This document shows positions 10,684 to 18,723 of a stretch of DNA of 32,000 nt, in pieces. Every line of letters begins with the position of its first letter. Positions within the stretch are counted from its first letter, which is position 1. The position numbers were made by a program, and so were the translations under genes. This DNA is from Vibrio cholerae ATCC 14035. Lineage in GTDB: Bacteria > Pseudomonadota > Gammaproteobacteria > Enterobacterales > Vibrionaceae. The notes below the pieces were generated by a model, which saw nothing but the letters and a program-made list of their open reading frames with translations, was not told the origin of the DNA and did no database searches. The stretch is taken from positions 60,001-92,000 of the forward strand of contig NZ_JHXR01000009.1 of assembly GCF_000621645.1 (NCBI RefSeq). Reading direction: 5' to 3'.

Positions 10684-11287
10684 TATCAGGCTTTGCGAAG
10701 CAGTTCTGAGAAATACCAGATTGGTATTGATGCTTTTCATCATCAATTTGCCAGAGTGTGACTCACGAAAGAGTCTTACACTTTGATCCTGCCTACTATG
10801 AGATTAACCACTCAATCTGAGTCCTTTTAGCGAGTTCTGGCGTTACCTTCTCGCAAACTTTGCGCCCCAGAACCCAACGCTCTTTCTCAGTCCGATATTT
10901 ATCCGCTACGTATTCTTTTCTATGTATTGAGCGATTTTCTTCGCTAAATCATCATTTTTATTATTTAGGAGGTGAGCTGACATTCAGGCAGTTAATGTGC
11001 CGTGATGGCTGAATATGAGGTTTATGTCATTGAACCACCAAAAGAGTGTGAGTTGGAATAAGTCTTTTCCATCTCGTTTTGTTTCACCACTGAGATTTTA
11101 AGAAATTGATTGGTATTCGGCCAAGGATTCGATAACGTATAGCCAACCGATTGCATTGTTTATTCAGCACATTTGTGCTGGCTGTCGTACTGATGTTGCT
11201 GTCGGTTAGCATGGAGCGCCGAGCCAGGACCCCCAAAGCAAAAATTTCGTGGTTCGGCAAATATTATAAAAGAATGGAGAACAACAC

Positions 11288-12505
11288 ATGGCTGGAGTAT
11301 TAGGCATGATTTTGGCGGGAGGAGAAGGGTCACGTTTGAAGCCGTTGACTGAAACCCGTACCAAGCCGGCAGTTCCTTTTGGTGGAAGCTACCGTTTAAT
11401 CGACTTTGCACTCAATAATTTCGTGAATGCCGATTTAATGCGGATTTATGTTCTGACGCAGTTCAAATCGCAATCGCTATACATTCATATGAAAAAGGGC
11501 TGGAATCTTTCCGGGATCACAGACCGTTTTATCGACATTATTCCAGCACAGATGCGTGATGGAAAACGTTGGTATGAAGGCACTGCCGATGCGATTTATC
11601 AAAACCTCCGTTTTGTTGAGATCGTCGCGCCGGATCAAGTCTGTATTTTTGGTTCAGACCATATCTACAAGATGGATATTCGCCAAATGCTCGATTTTCA
11701 TCGCCGTATGGAAGCGGAGTTGACCGTTTCTGCACTGCGTATGCCGATCAGCCAAGCCTCTCAGTTCGGGGTGATTGAAGTGGATGAAAACGGCAAAATG
11801 GTCGGTTTTGAAGAGAAACCGAGCAATCCCAAATCGATCCCCGGTGAGCCTGAGTGGGCACTGGTCTCGATGGGTAACTACATCTTCGAAGCGGAAACGC
11901 TCAGCAAAGAACTGCGTGAAGATGCTGAAAATAACCAGTCCAGCCATGACTTTGGCAAAGACATTATTCCGAAAATGTTCCCGCGCGGTAAAGTCTATGT
12001 GTATGACTTCACGACCAACAAAATTAAGGGAGAGAAGGAATCGACCTACTGGCGTGATGTCGGAACCATCGAATCGTATTGGTCGGCACATATGGACTTG
12101 CTCGACAAAGATCCAGAATTTTCGCTATACAACCGTAGTTGGCCGCTGCACACCTACTATCCTCCTTTGCCACCTGCGACGTTTGTGGATGTCAAAGACA
12201 AGAAAGTCAAAATCACAGATAGCTTGATCTCTGGGGGAAGTTATATCCAAGGATCAACCATTTATAAATCAGTTCTGGGTTTCCGTAGCAACATTGCTGC
12301 TGGCTCTTTTATCAGTGAATCTGTTATCTTGGGCGACGTGAAAATTGGAGCTGGCTGCACGATTAAGCGCGCCATTATCGATAAAGATGTCGAGATCGCC
12401 GCCGGTACCATCATTGGTGAAGATTTGGAAATGGACAGAAAGCGTTTCCACGTTTCCGATGAAGGGATTGTGGTGATTGCGAAAGGTAGTAAGGTAGGAT
12501 TCTAG
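11288..12505 (+). CDS. glgC: Glucose-1-phosphate adenylyltransferase
   Basis: 405 aa, 'MAGVLGMILAGGEGSRLKPLTETRTKPAVPFGG...', with a left-handed beta-helix C-terminus. GGAG lies 8 nt upstream of the ATG. Confidence 0.95.
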   Translation: MAGVLGMILAGGEGSRLKPLTETRTKPAVPFGGSYRLIDFALNNFVNADLMRIYVLTQFKSQSLYIHMKKGWNLSGITDRFIDIIPAQMRDGKRWYEGTADAIYQNLRFVEIVAPDQVCIFGSDHIYKMDIRQMLDFHRRMEAELTVSALRMPISQASQFGVIEVDENGKMVGFEEKPSNPKSIPGEPEWALVSMGNYIFEAETLSKELREDAENNQSSHDFGKDIIPKMFPRGKVYVYDFTTNKIKGEKESTYWRDVGTIESYWSAHMDLLDKDPEFSLYNRSWPLHTYYPPLPPATFVDVKDKKVKITDSLISGGSYIQGSTIYKSVLGFRSNIAAGSFISESVILGDVKIGAGCTIKRAIIDKDVEIAAGTIIGEDLEMDRKRFHVSDEGIVVIAKGSKVGF

Positions 12506-12506
12506 A

Positions 12507-13961
12507 ATGGAACAATTCAACGTTTGGTTTACCGTTTCAGAAGTACAGGGGCTGGTAAAAAGTGGTGGCCTGGCCGATGTGGCAAAAGCGCTGCCACAAG
12601 CGTTGAAAGCGTTGCATCAGCAGGTAGCCATTGCGCTGCCTGCTTATCGTTCAGTACCGGGAAAGGAAGACGCAGAGTTAGTACTGGAAACAGAGCTGAC
12701 ACACTGGCCGCACACGCAGTATCGTGTTTTAAAACGCGATCTAGACGGTGTGCCAATCTATCTAATTGATTGCCCTGCTTATTTTGACCGCCCGGCGCTG
12801 TATGCTGAGAATAATCAAGCCTATGCCGATAATGGTGAACGGTTTGGTTTTTTCTCTGCAGCGTGTTTGGACGTACTGCCGAAACTCGGTATTCAGCCTG
12901 ACATCATTCATGCGAATGATTGGCACACAGGCTTAGTGCCTTTTTTGTTGAAAACCCGTTATCGCTATGACAGCTTTTTTGAGCAAGTCAAAAGTGTGCT
13001 GACGGTGCATAACGCGATTTTTAAAGGGATCTTTTCCTACCATCAGTTAGAAGTCATTCCTGAGCTCAATTTATCGGGTATGGAATTTCTGCAATACGGT
13101 CACGATCATGTGAGCATGCTGCGGGCGGGGATCGCTTTTGCGGATAAAGTGAATGCGGTGAGTCCTAATTATGCGGCTGAGCTTTTAACGCCTCTTGGGG
13201 CTCACGGGCTGGTGGATGATTTTGTGCGCCGAGCGCGCGATTTACACGGTATCGTCAACGGTTGTGATTACAGCGAGTGGAATCCAAGAACCGACCACTA
13301 TCTGCCAGCAACCTACAGCGATGAGCCTGAGTCGATGCGCAAGGGGAAAGCGCTGTGTAAAACGGCGCTGCAGGAAGAGTTACACCTGCCGGTTACCGAT
13401 GTACCTCTGTTTGGTATGGTTTGCCGTTTAACGCATCAGAAAGGCTTTCATTACTTGTTGCCGATTTTAGAGCAGTTCCTGCGCAATAACGTTCAAGTGG
13501 TTATTGTTGGTACTGGTGAGCCGGAAGTTGCTGCGCGGTTGAATAAGATCGCTCATTATCATCGAGCCAAGTTTGCGTTTGTCGAAACCTACAGTGAGCG
13601 TTTAGCGCACTGGGTTGAAGCGGGATCGGATTTCTTCTTAATGCCTTCTGAATTTGAAGCCTGTGGGCTCAATCAGATTTACAGCATGGCTTATGGCACT
13701 CTGCCTATTGTTCGTGAAGTGGGTGGCTTGAAAGATACGGTGAACGATTACGATAAATTCCCGGAGCGCGCGACAGGCTTTGGTTACCAAGAGCCCACGC
13801 CAGAAGCTCTATTGATCACGATGCAGCGGGCACTCTTGTTTTATCTGCAGCAGCCAGAAGAGATGCTGAAAGTGCAACAACGTGCCATGCAGCAAAACTT
13901 CAGTTGGGAAGAGTCTGCCCAAGAATATATGAAGATGTATCGACTCGCGCGATTTGGCTAA
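12507..13961 (+). CDS. glgA: Glycogen synthase (ADP-glucose type)
   Basis: 484 aa carrying 'SEVQGLVKSGGLADV' (the KTGGL-like motif) and the GT5/GT1 C-terminal domain. Its ATG lies 1 nt after the glgC stop, so the two are probably translationally coupled. Confidence 0.95.
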   Translation: MEQFNVWFTVSEVQGLVKSGGLADVAKALPQALKALHQQVAIALPAYRSVPGKEDAELVLETELTHWPHTQYRVLKRDLDGVPIYLIDCPAYFDRPALYAENNQAYADNGERFGFFSAACLDVLPKLGIQPDIIHANDWHTGLVPFLLKTRYRYDSFFEQVKSVLTVHNAIFKGIFSYHQLEVIPELNLSGMEFLQYGHDHVSMLRAGIAFADKVNAVSPNYAAELLTPLGAHGLVDDFVRRARDLHGIVNGCDYSEWNPRTDHYLPATYSDEPESMRKGKALCKTALQEELHLPVTDVPLFGMVCRLTHQKGFHYLLPILEQFLRNNVQVVIVGTGEPEVAARLNKIAHYHRAKFAFVETYSERLAHWVEAGSDFFLMPSEFEACGLNQIYSMAYGTLPIVREVGGLKDTVNDYDKFPERATGFGYQEPTPEALLITMQRALLFYLQQPEEMLKVQQRAMQQNFSWEESAQEYMKMYRLARFG

Positions 13962-13964
13962 CGA

Positions 13965-14026
13965 TATCACCGTCCGATTTGAAGCGGCAGCAGTGTTGGC
14001 TGCCACTCCAAGTCGTTTGGGTCTAT
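13965..14026 (-). repeat. ERIC-like miniature palindromic intergenic element, copy B (62 bp)
   Basis: The reverse complement reads atagacccaaacgacttggagtggcagccaacac..., matching copy A in 26 of the first 30 positions and 19 of the last 28. Internal 13-nt arms are ttgaagcggcagc/gctgccactccaa. It begins 4 nt after the glgA stop. Confidence 0.7.
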
Positions 14027-14038
14027 GAAGCATCTCTC

Positions 14039-14062
14039 AGGCACCGCAAGGTGCCTTTTTTC
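14039..14062 (+). terminator. Rho-independent terminator of glgC-glgA
   Basis: Stem aggcacc/ggtgcct with loop gcaa, followed by a T-run. Confidence 0.88.
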
Positions 14063-14148
14063 TGTTTCACTCAACAGTTTCTTACAACTGGGGGGATTCT
14101 CTTGACTAAGATTATGGTAGTCTTGGCCTGCGTAATTAAGAGGTTTCA

Positions 14149-14967
14149 ATGTCTTCCCCTATGACTGCCATTGCCGAAAAAGTGCTGTTTCACAAAACTT
14201 ATCTTCACCCGACAAGTCAGGAGTGGGTGGTGTTCGTTCATGGTGCGGGGGGCAGCTCATCCATATGGTTCAAGCAGATCAAAGCGTATCGGCAGCATTT
14301 CAATTTATTGCTGATTGATTTGCGCGGCCATGGGAAATCCAATCAGTTACTCAGAGACTGGATTGCCAATCGCTATACGTTTAAGACTGTGACGCTGGAT
14401 GTGCTGAAAGTGCTTGATCACTTGAAAATCCAGTCGGCGCATTTTGTGGGCATGTCGCTGGGTACCATCATAGTGCGTAACCTTGCTGAGCTTGCCACGC
14501 ATCGGGTCAATTCTATGGTGCTTGGTGGCGCGGTCACACGACTTAATGCGCGTTCGCAAGTGTTGGTTAAGCTAGGACATTTGAGTAAGCACCTCATCCC
14601 GTACATGTGGCTGTATCGTTTATTTGCTTACATAGTGATGCCGCAGCGTAGTCAAAAAGAGTCTCGCCATCTGTTTATTCGTGAAGCGCAAAAGCTCTGT
14701 CAGAAAGAATTTAAACGTTGGTTTACGTTAACCGCTGAGGTGAATCCGCTGATGCGTTATTTCCGCGACCGTGAATTGCCGATCCCAACCTTATATTTGA
14801 TGGGAGAGAAGGACTACATGTTCATCCATCCTGTGAAAGAGATGGTGGCGCTCCACGCACAAAGTGAGCTGTATGAAATCCCAAACTGCGGTCATGTATG
14901 TAATGTCGAGCAGCCTGAGCTGTTTAATCAGCGTTCTATCGAGTTTATCCAGCGCCAAATCCGTTAA
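14149..14967 (+). CDS. Alpha/beta-fold hydrolase, specific function unknown
   Basis: 272 aa. It has an 'HGAGGSS' oxyanion region, the nucleophile elbow 'GMSLG', and a C-terminal 'CGH' catalytic His region. AAGAGG lies 5 nt upstream of the ATG. Confidence 0.8.
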   Translation: MSSPMTAIAEKVLFHKTYLHPTSQEWVVFVHGAGGSSSIWFKQIKAYRQHFNLLLIDLRGHGKSNQLLRDWIANRYTFKTVTLDVLKVLDHLKIQSAHFVGMSLGTIIVRNLAELATHRVNSMVLGGAVTRLNARSQVLVKLGHLSKHLIPYMWLYRLFAYIVMPQRSQKESRHLFIREAQKLCQKEFKRWFTLTAEVNPLMRYFRDRELPIPTLYLMGEKDYMFIHPVKEMVALHAQSELYEIPNCGHVCNVEQPELFNQRSIEFIQRQIR

Positions 14968-14971
14968 TCCC

Positions 14972-15283
14972 TCACTGAGTGGTTTGGCTAAAACCACACT
15001 GCCAGCAGGCGGAAAATTGCCCTTCATGATGCTCCCCACACTCTGGGCATTGCCAGCATTCGGCGGGGGGGGGATTGAGAAATTCTCGGATGATTTGCTG
15101 CGCTGCGGTTTGTTGCTCCGGTTTCTGTAACCAAAGTGAAGGGGCGCTGCTGGAATCCATCGGGATCTCGCCGCGCAGCGCAAACAGCATTTCTCCACGC
15201 AACTCACACGCTATCCCTTGCTGATGCAAAAGCTGCATCAGCATGTGCGCTTCAAGCGGATGAGTGGCCGTGTAGATTTTCAT
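14972..15283 (-). CDS. DUF2007-type small protein with C-terminal CxxC...CxxC zinc ribbon
   Basis: 103 aa. The N-terminus 'MKIYTATHPLEAHMLMQLLHQQGIACELRGE' is DUF2007-like. The C-terminus is 'CWQCPECGEHHEGQFSACWQCG'. Confidence 0.7.
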   Translation of the reverse strand: MKIYTATHPLEAHMLMQLLHQQGIACELRGEMLFALRGEIPMDSSSAPSLWLQKPEQQTAAQQIIREFLNPPPAECWQCPECGEHHEGQFSACWQCGFSQTTQ

Positions 15284-15316
15284 TGTCCTTCCTAGCTTAC
15301 TTTTACCAAGAGTGAC

Positions 15317-16006
15317 TTACTTCACTGGCGATTGAGTGGCACGCTGTTGAAATTTACCCATGAGCCATTTCACCACTATCGGAAATACGCCTAACAAAAC
15401 GAATGAAGCGAGCACAGGGAGCGACACAATTTCGCCTAGGCTTGAGATTTCCGCCAGTTGAGTACCCGCATTGAGATACACCGCCGTACCCGGCAGCATA
15501 CCAAGTTGGCTGACCCAGTAGTAACGCCAAGTGGAGATAGGCGTTAGCCCCATCACTAAGTTAATCAGGAAAAATGGAAAAATCGGGATCAGTCGCAGAG
15601 AGAGTAAATAAAACGCGCCATCTCGTTCAATACCTTGATTGATGGTTTGCAATTTATCAGCGAATTTAGCTTGCACCCAATCTCGCAATAAGAAGCGGCT
15701 ACTGAGAAAGGCGAGAGTGGCACCAATGGTACTGGCAAAAGAAGCCAGCAGTAAGCTCAACCAAAAGCCAAATAGGGCCGCTCCCAACAAAGTCACGACC
15801 GTTGCGCCGGGGATTGAAAATGCGGTTAGGAGAACATACACCACAAAATAGATCAGTGCGGCTTGCAGCAAATGGGCATCAATATAATTCGCTAATTCGG
15901 CTTGTTTGGCTTTCGCAACATCCAGTGTGAGGTATTGGCTAAACTGCGTCACCAAGAGCGCGGCAATGGCAATCAAAACAATGGCGATGATGAGTTTTTT
16001 ATACAT
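15317..16006 (-). CDS. TVP38/TMEM64 (DedA-related) family inner-membrane protein
   Basis: 229 aa and polytopic. 'RLIPIFPFFLINLVMGLTPISTWRYYWVSQLGMLPGT' is the family signature. Confidence 0.8.
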   Translation of the reverse strand: MYKKLIIAIVLIAIAALLVTQFSQYLTLDVAKAKQAELANYIDAHLLQAALIYFVVYVLLTAFSIPGATVVTLLGAALFGFWLSLLLASFASTIGATLAFLSSRFLLRDWVQAKFADKLQTINQGIERDGAFYLLSLRLIPIFPFFLINLVMGLTPISTWRYYWVSQLGMLPGTAVYLNAGTQLAEISSLGEIVSLPVLASFVLLGVFPIVVKWLMGKFQQRATQSPVK

Positions 16007-16092
16007 TCGAGTACCTAGTCATTACTTTATGGTTTGTGGGGCGTGATATTGCCCGTTTTACTTGGCTCTTCAGCGGTGTGGGCTACGTTTCT

Positions 16093-16173
16093 TCACCCAA
16101 TCATAGAGTGTCTCTGGTTTGATGTGGGTGCACACAGTGACCGCCGACTTGTCACTCCAAGTCATTAGAGTAT
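16093..16173 (+). repeat. Possible degenerate, longer relative of the ERIC-like element (copy C)
   Basis: The right end gtcactccaagtcattagagtat aligns with copy B's gccactccaagtcgtttgggtctat. The left end cacccaatcatagagtg weakly mirrors it. The centre is unrelated. Confidence 0.35.
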
Positions 16174-16265
16174 CGCTCATTACTCAAGTATATCGTCTGT
16201 AACTGAATTTACTGGAGATACATAGAGAGCCTAAAAGTAAAGACAGGCCAAAGGCCGTTTTTCTT

Positions 16266-16299
16266 TCAAAAAAATAACGCGCCACTTTGGACGCGTTAT
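16266..16299 (-). terminator. Rho-independent terminator of tfoY
   Basis: 8-bp stem ataacgcg/cgcgttat with a 10-nt loop. On the minus strand it is followed by ttttttt. It lies about 60 nt beyond the tfoY stop. Confidence 0.75.
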
Positions 16300-16360
16300 G
16301 AAATATAGGGTGTGTAAAAACACAGGATGATTACAGGCGTTGATGAACTCAAAATGAAAC

Positions 16361-16948
16361 TCAGAGATGCCTTAATAGCTCATCACGACGATTTTGTGGG
16401 ATCACCGACCAATGTTTACCTTCGATTGCGCCTTCTAGAGCCCATAGCAACTCTAAACTCACCTCTGCCGTGTGAGTTCGTTGAACCGCTTTATAAGCTT
16501 CGACAGAACCAAGAGTCTGAAGAGACTCGACGGTGTCGATACCTGCTTTTTTGAGCATTCTTTCTGTTGCTAAACGCAAGTTAGGAAGATCTTTCAAACG
16601 ATCAGGTTTCGCTTGTGCTTGAGTTTCACGTTCGGCCTTAGCGACCTCCAGTGCTGCACGCGCTTCATTGAGGATAGAGTCTGGATGACTCCAACAATCT
16701 TCAGGTAGAGCGTAGTACTTAGTTACAACGGGGAAGCCACGTTTTTTGTAAACATAAGGTTCATAACCTTGCTGTTTATACTTTTCGATTGTGGCGTCAT
16801 CTGCACGGATGTGCAGCGTATCGTTAACCACAAGCGCAAACATAGTTTCGTCGACGAAAATACCAAAGCCACCAAACATTGAACGAGATTTAACACGTCC
16901 TAGCTGCTCAAAGAGCCGCATTGAATCTTTTAATACTGGTTTATCCAT
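16361..16948 (-). CDS. tfoY: TfoX-family regulator TfoY
   Basis: 195 aa with a TfoX N-domain ('[18 protein letters not shown]') and a TfoX C-domain (helix-hairpin-helix '[20 protein letters not shown]'). It is identified as tfoY rather than tfoX by the Vc2 riboswitch in its leader. Confidence 0.92.
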   Translation of the reverse strand: MDKPVLKDSMRLFEQLGRVKSRSMFGGFGIFVDETMFALVVNDTLHIRADDATIEKYKQQGYEPYVYKKRGFPVVTKYYALPEDCWSHPDSILNEARAALEVAKAERETQAQAKPDRLKDLPNLRLATERMLKKAGIDTVESLQTLGSVEAYKAVQRTHTAEVSLELLWALEGAIEGKHWSVIPQNRRDELLRHL

Positions 16949-17059
16949 GCTGTTAGTCTCGGAGTATTGTTACATACGCCACCAAGTCAGGTCCGAGAAA
17001 ATTAGCAAAAGCATGCATTCATAGTGTCAATGATGAGTCAACAAAGTGTATGCATTTTG

Positions 17060-17148
17060 CCATCGGTAACCCCGCTACCTACCACGTCTTCTGGTTTAGG
17101 CCGGAGGCTTTGCGTCCCACTCTTTCGAATGGTTTGCCCTGTGCGTGA
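17060..17148 (-). promoter_or_regulatory. c-di-GMP-I (GEMM-I) riboswitch aptamer, Vc2
   Basis: The minus strand reads cacgcacagggcaaaccattcgaaagagtgggacgcaaagcctccggcctaaaccagaagacgtggtaggtagcggggttaccgatgg. From memory this matches the published Vc2 aptamer almost base for base. It ends 111 nt upstream of the tfoY ATG. Confidence 0.93.
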
Positions 17149-17181
17149 CATTTTTCCTGATAAAAATTAATCATTCTTGGG

Positions 17182-17218
17182 TCATTCTCACATACTGATA
17201 TTTCAAATGTGAGAATGA
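17182..17218. repeat. Perfect 12-bp inverted repeat with 13-nt spacer, function unknown
   Basis: tcattctcacat (17182-17193) and atgtgagaatga (17207-17218) are exact reverse complements. The repeat lies 34 nt upstream (in the tfoY direction) of the Vc2 aptamer. Confidence 0.6.
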
Positions 17219-17306
17219 GCCCTACTAATAATACTCGCACTACATATGTTTTGTCATATTTATGTGACAAGCTTTCAAATATAGGCGTTATGAATTGTCA
17301 AGAAAG

Positions 17307-18317
17307 TTAGGATTTTGTCAAGTCTTTCACCGTGTCGCGCTCTACGATCTCTGGGTGCATTTCGAAAATTCGGCGCTCGTGTTCTTTGTCTTTAATGCGT
17401 TCTAGCAAAATTTCAAACGCGTTCTTACCCACACGACGCTTAGGTTGGTGCACTGTGGTCAGTGGTGGAGAGAAGTATTCTGCTAACTCGATATTATCGT
17501 AACCGATGACAGACATATCTTCTGGAATACGTATCCCTTTCTGTTGCAAACGGCTCATCAAACCTAATGCCATCGTATCGTTGAAACAGAATACCGCCGT
17601 GGGGCGCTTGTCCATCGCAATGATTTTATCCGCCGCTAAAACGGCAGTATCACACTCAAAGTTACCTTCCAAGATCCAATCTTCATTGACGGTCAACTTG
17701 GCTTCCGCCATCGCGCGACGGAAACCTTGAATGCGCTCTTGGCATGCGGCTTTGACGAAGTGACCACTCAAACATGCAATCTCAGTGTGACCGCGGTCAG
17801 TGAGGTATTTGGTCGCGAGGTAGCCGCCTTCTTCGGAGTTATCGATGATTTTATCGGCGTGCGACGTTTCTGGACCCCAATCCATAACCACTTTTGGAAT
17901 ATCTTTGTGCGCATCCAACATATCTTGCAGCTCTTGGGTCAGGTCTGAGCACATCACCAAAATGCCATCAACCCGTTTTTCGGCCAGCATGCGGATATAA
18001 TCGCGTTGCTTTTCATAGATGCCGCCTGTGTTACATAGGATCAGCGTATAGCCTTGACGGTAACAATAGCTTTCCACACCGTCGATAACTTCCGAGAAAA
18101 ACAGGTTAGTAGATTGCGTCACTAACATACCAATCGTGCGAGTGGTATTGCACTTTAAGCTGCGTGCCACGGCACTTGGCGCGTAGTTCAGCTGCTTAAC
18201 GGCTTCCATCACTTTCTCTTGGGTGGTTTCTGCCACAAAGCGAGTTTTATTGATGACGTGAGAAACGGTAGTGGTTGACACGCCCGCAAGGCGCGCCACA
18301 TCTTTAATCGTAGCCAT
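17307..18317 (-). CDS. purR: Purine repressor, LacI family
   Basis: '[55 protein letters not shown]' closely matches the E. coli PurR helix-turn-helix domain. The start is trimmed from 18356 to ATG-18317. Confidence 0.93.
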
Positions 18318-18485
18318 AGAGTGTTCCTGTCGATGACTGCTGCCAGCGAATAACATCGGTGGATTTAATCAGCAGAAGTAAGGCGAGACTGAGCGAATCT
18401 TCACACTCTGTGCGAGCACATGTCCAACACTATGCCGTACGTAAAGCGCTTCAATCACTATGCCTAAAGTAATAAACCTAAAGTA

Positions 18486-18518
18486 ATAAAAAACAAAAAC
18501 CGCCGAGAAACAGCGGTT
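18486..18518 (-). terminator. Probable Rho-independent terminator ending the torD transcript upstream of purR
   Basis: Stem aaccgc/gcggtt with a 9-nt loop. On the minus strand it is followed by tttttgtttttt. Confidence 0.55.
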
Positions 18519-18627
18519 GAAATTTTTACTCGTTTTTATCGTTTGCGGATGGATTTTAGACTGCAAATCTCTCCGTCGCAACGAAATTCATTCACCAAAC
18601 TATAAGCCATTTCACAATTAATTCGTC

Positions 18628-18687
18628 TATCCCCTTCCTATTTGATCCTGCCGTGGTGTTGGCTACCACGTGAAGCCGTTTGGGATA
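18628..18687 (-). repeat. ERIC-like miniature palindromic intergenic element, copy D (~60 bp)
   Basis: tatccccttcctatttgatcctgccgtggtgttggctaccacgtgaagccgtttgggata matches the reverse complement of copy A at about 46 of 61 positions by hand alignment. It lies 37 nt beyond the torD stop. Confidence 0.7.
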
Positions 18688-18723
18688 GATAAAATAGGCT
18701 GGCTTTCCGCTTTGCCTGTCTGG

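Noticed and set aside
11005-11061. An 18-codon mini-ORF (MAEYEVYVIEPPKECELE) in the glgC upstream region. A strong AGGAGG at 10968-10973 is followed only by 2-5 codon ORFs.
   Set aside because: The mini-ORF has no properly spaced Shine-Dalgarno sequence, and the AGGAGG has no usable ORF downstream. Neither can be distinguished from chance without Ribo-seq.
16246-16263. A ggcc-aaa-ggcc hairpin followed by gtttttc on the plus strand, considered as a possible sRNA terminator.
   Set aside because: The stem is only 4 bp, there is no upstream promoter evidence, and it sits next to the much better minus-strand tfoY terminator.
17158-17180. A Fur-box-like A/T-rich stretch, aagaatgattaatttttat, between the inverted repeat and the Vc2 aptamer.
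   Set aside because: It matches the 19-bp Fur consensus at only about 10 of 19 positions by hand alignment, which is indistinguishable from generic A/T-rich promoter DNA.
17079-17270. A 63-aa ORF on the minus strand upstream of tfoY.
   Set aside because: It overlaps the Vc2 aptamer and the 12-bp inverted repeat, so the region is explained as a structured leader. I see no Shine-Dalgarno sequence and no family resemblance.
18535-18552. A PurR-box half-site, CGCAAACG (minus strand), upstream of purR.
   Set aside because: Only one half of the 16-bp PUR palindrome matches, and the second half (ATAAAAAC) does not. A nearby CGCAACGAAATTC (18577-18589) lacks a base in the core. Autoregulation is possible but not supported by the sequence alone.
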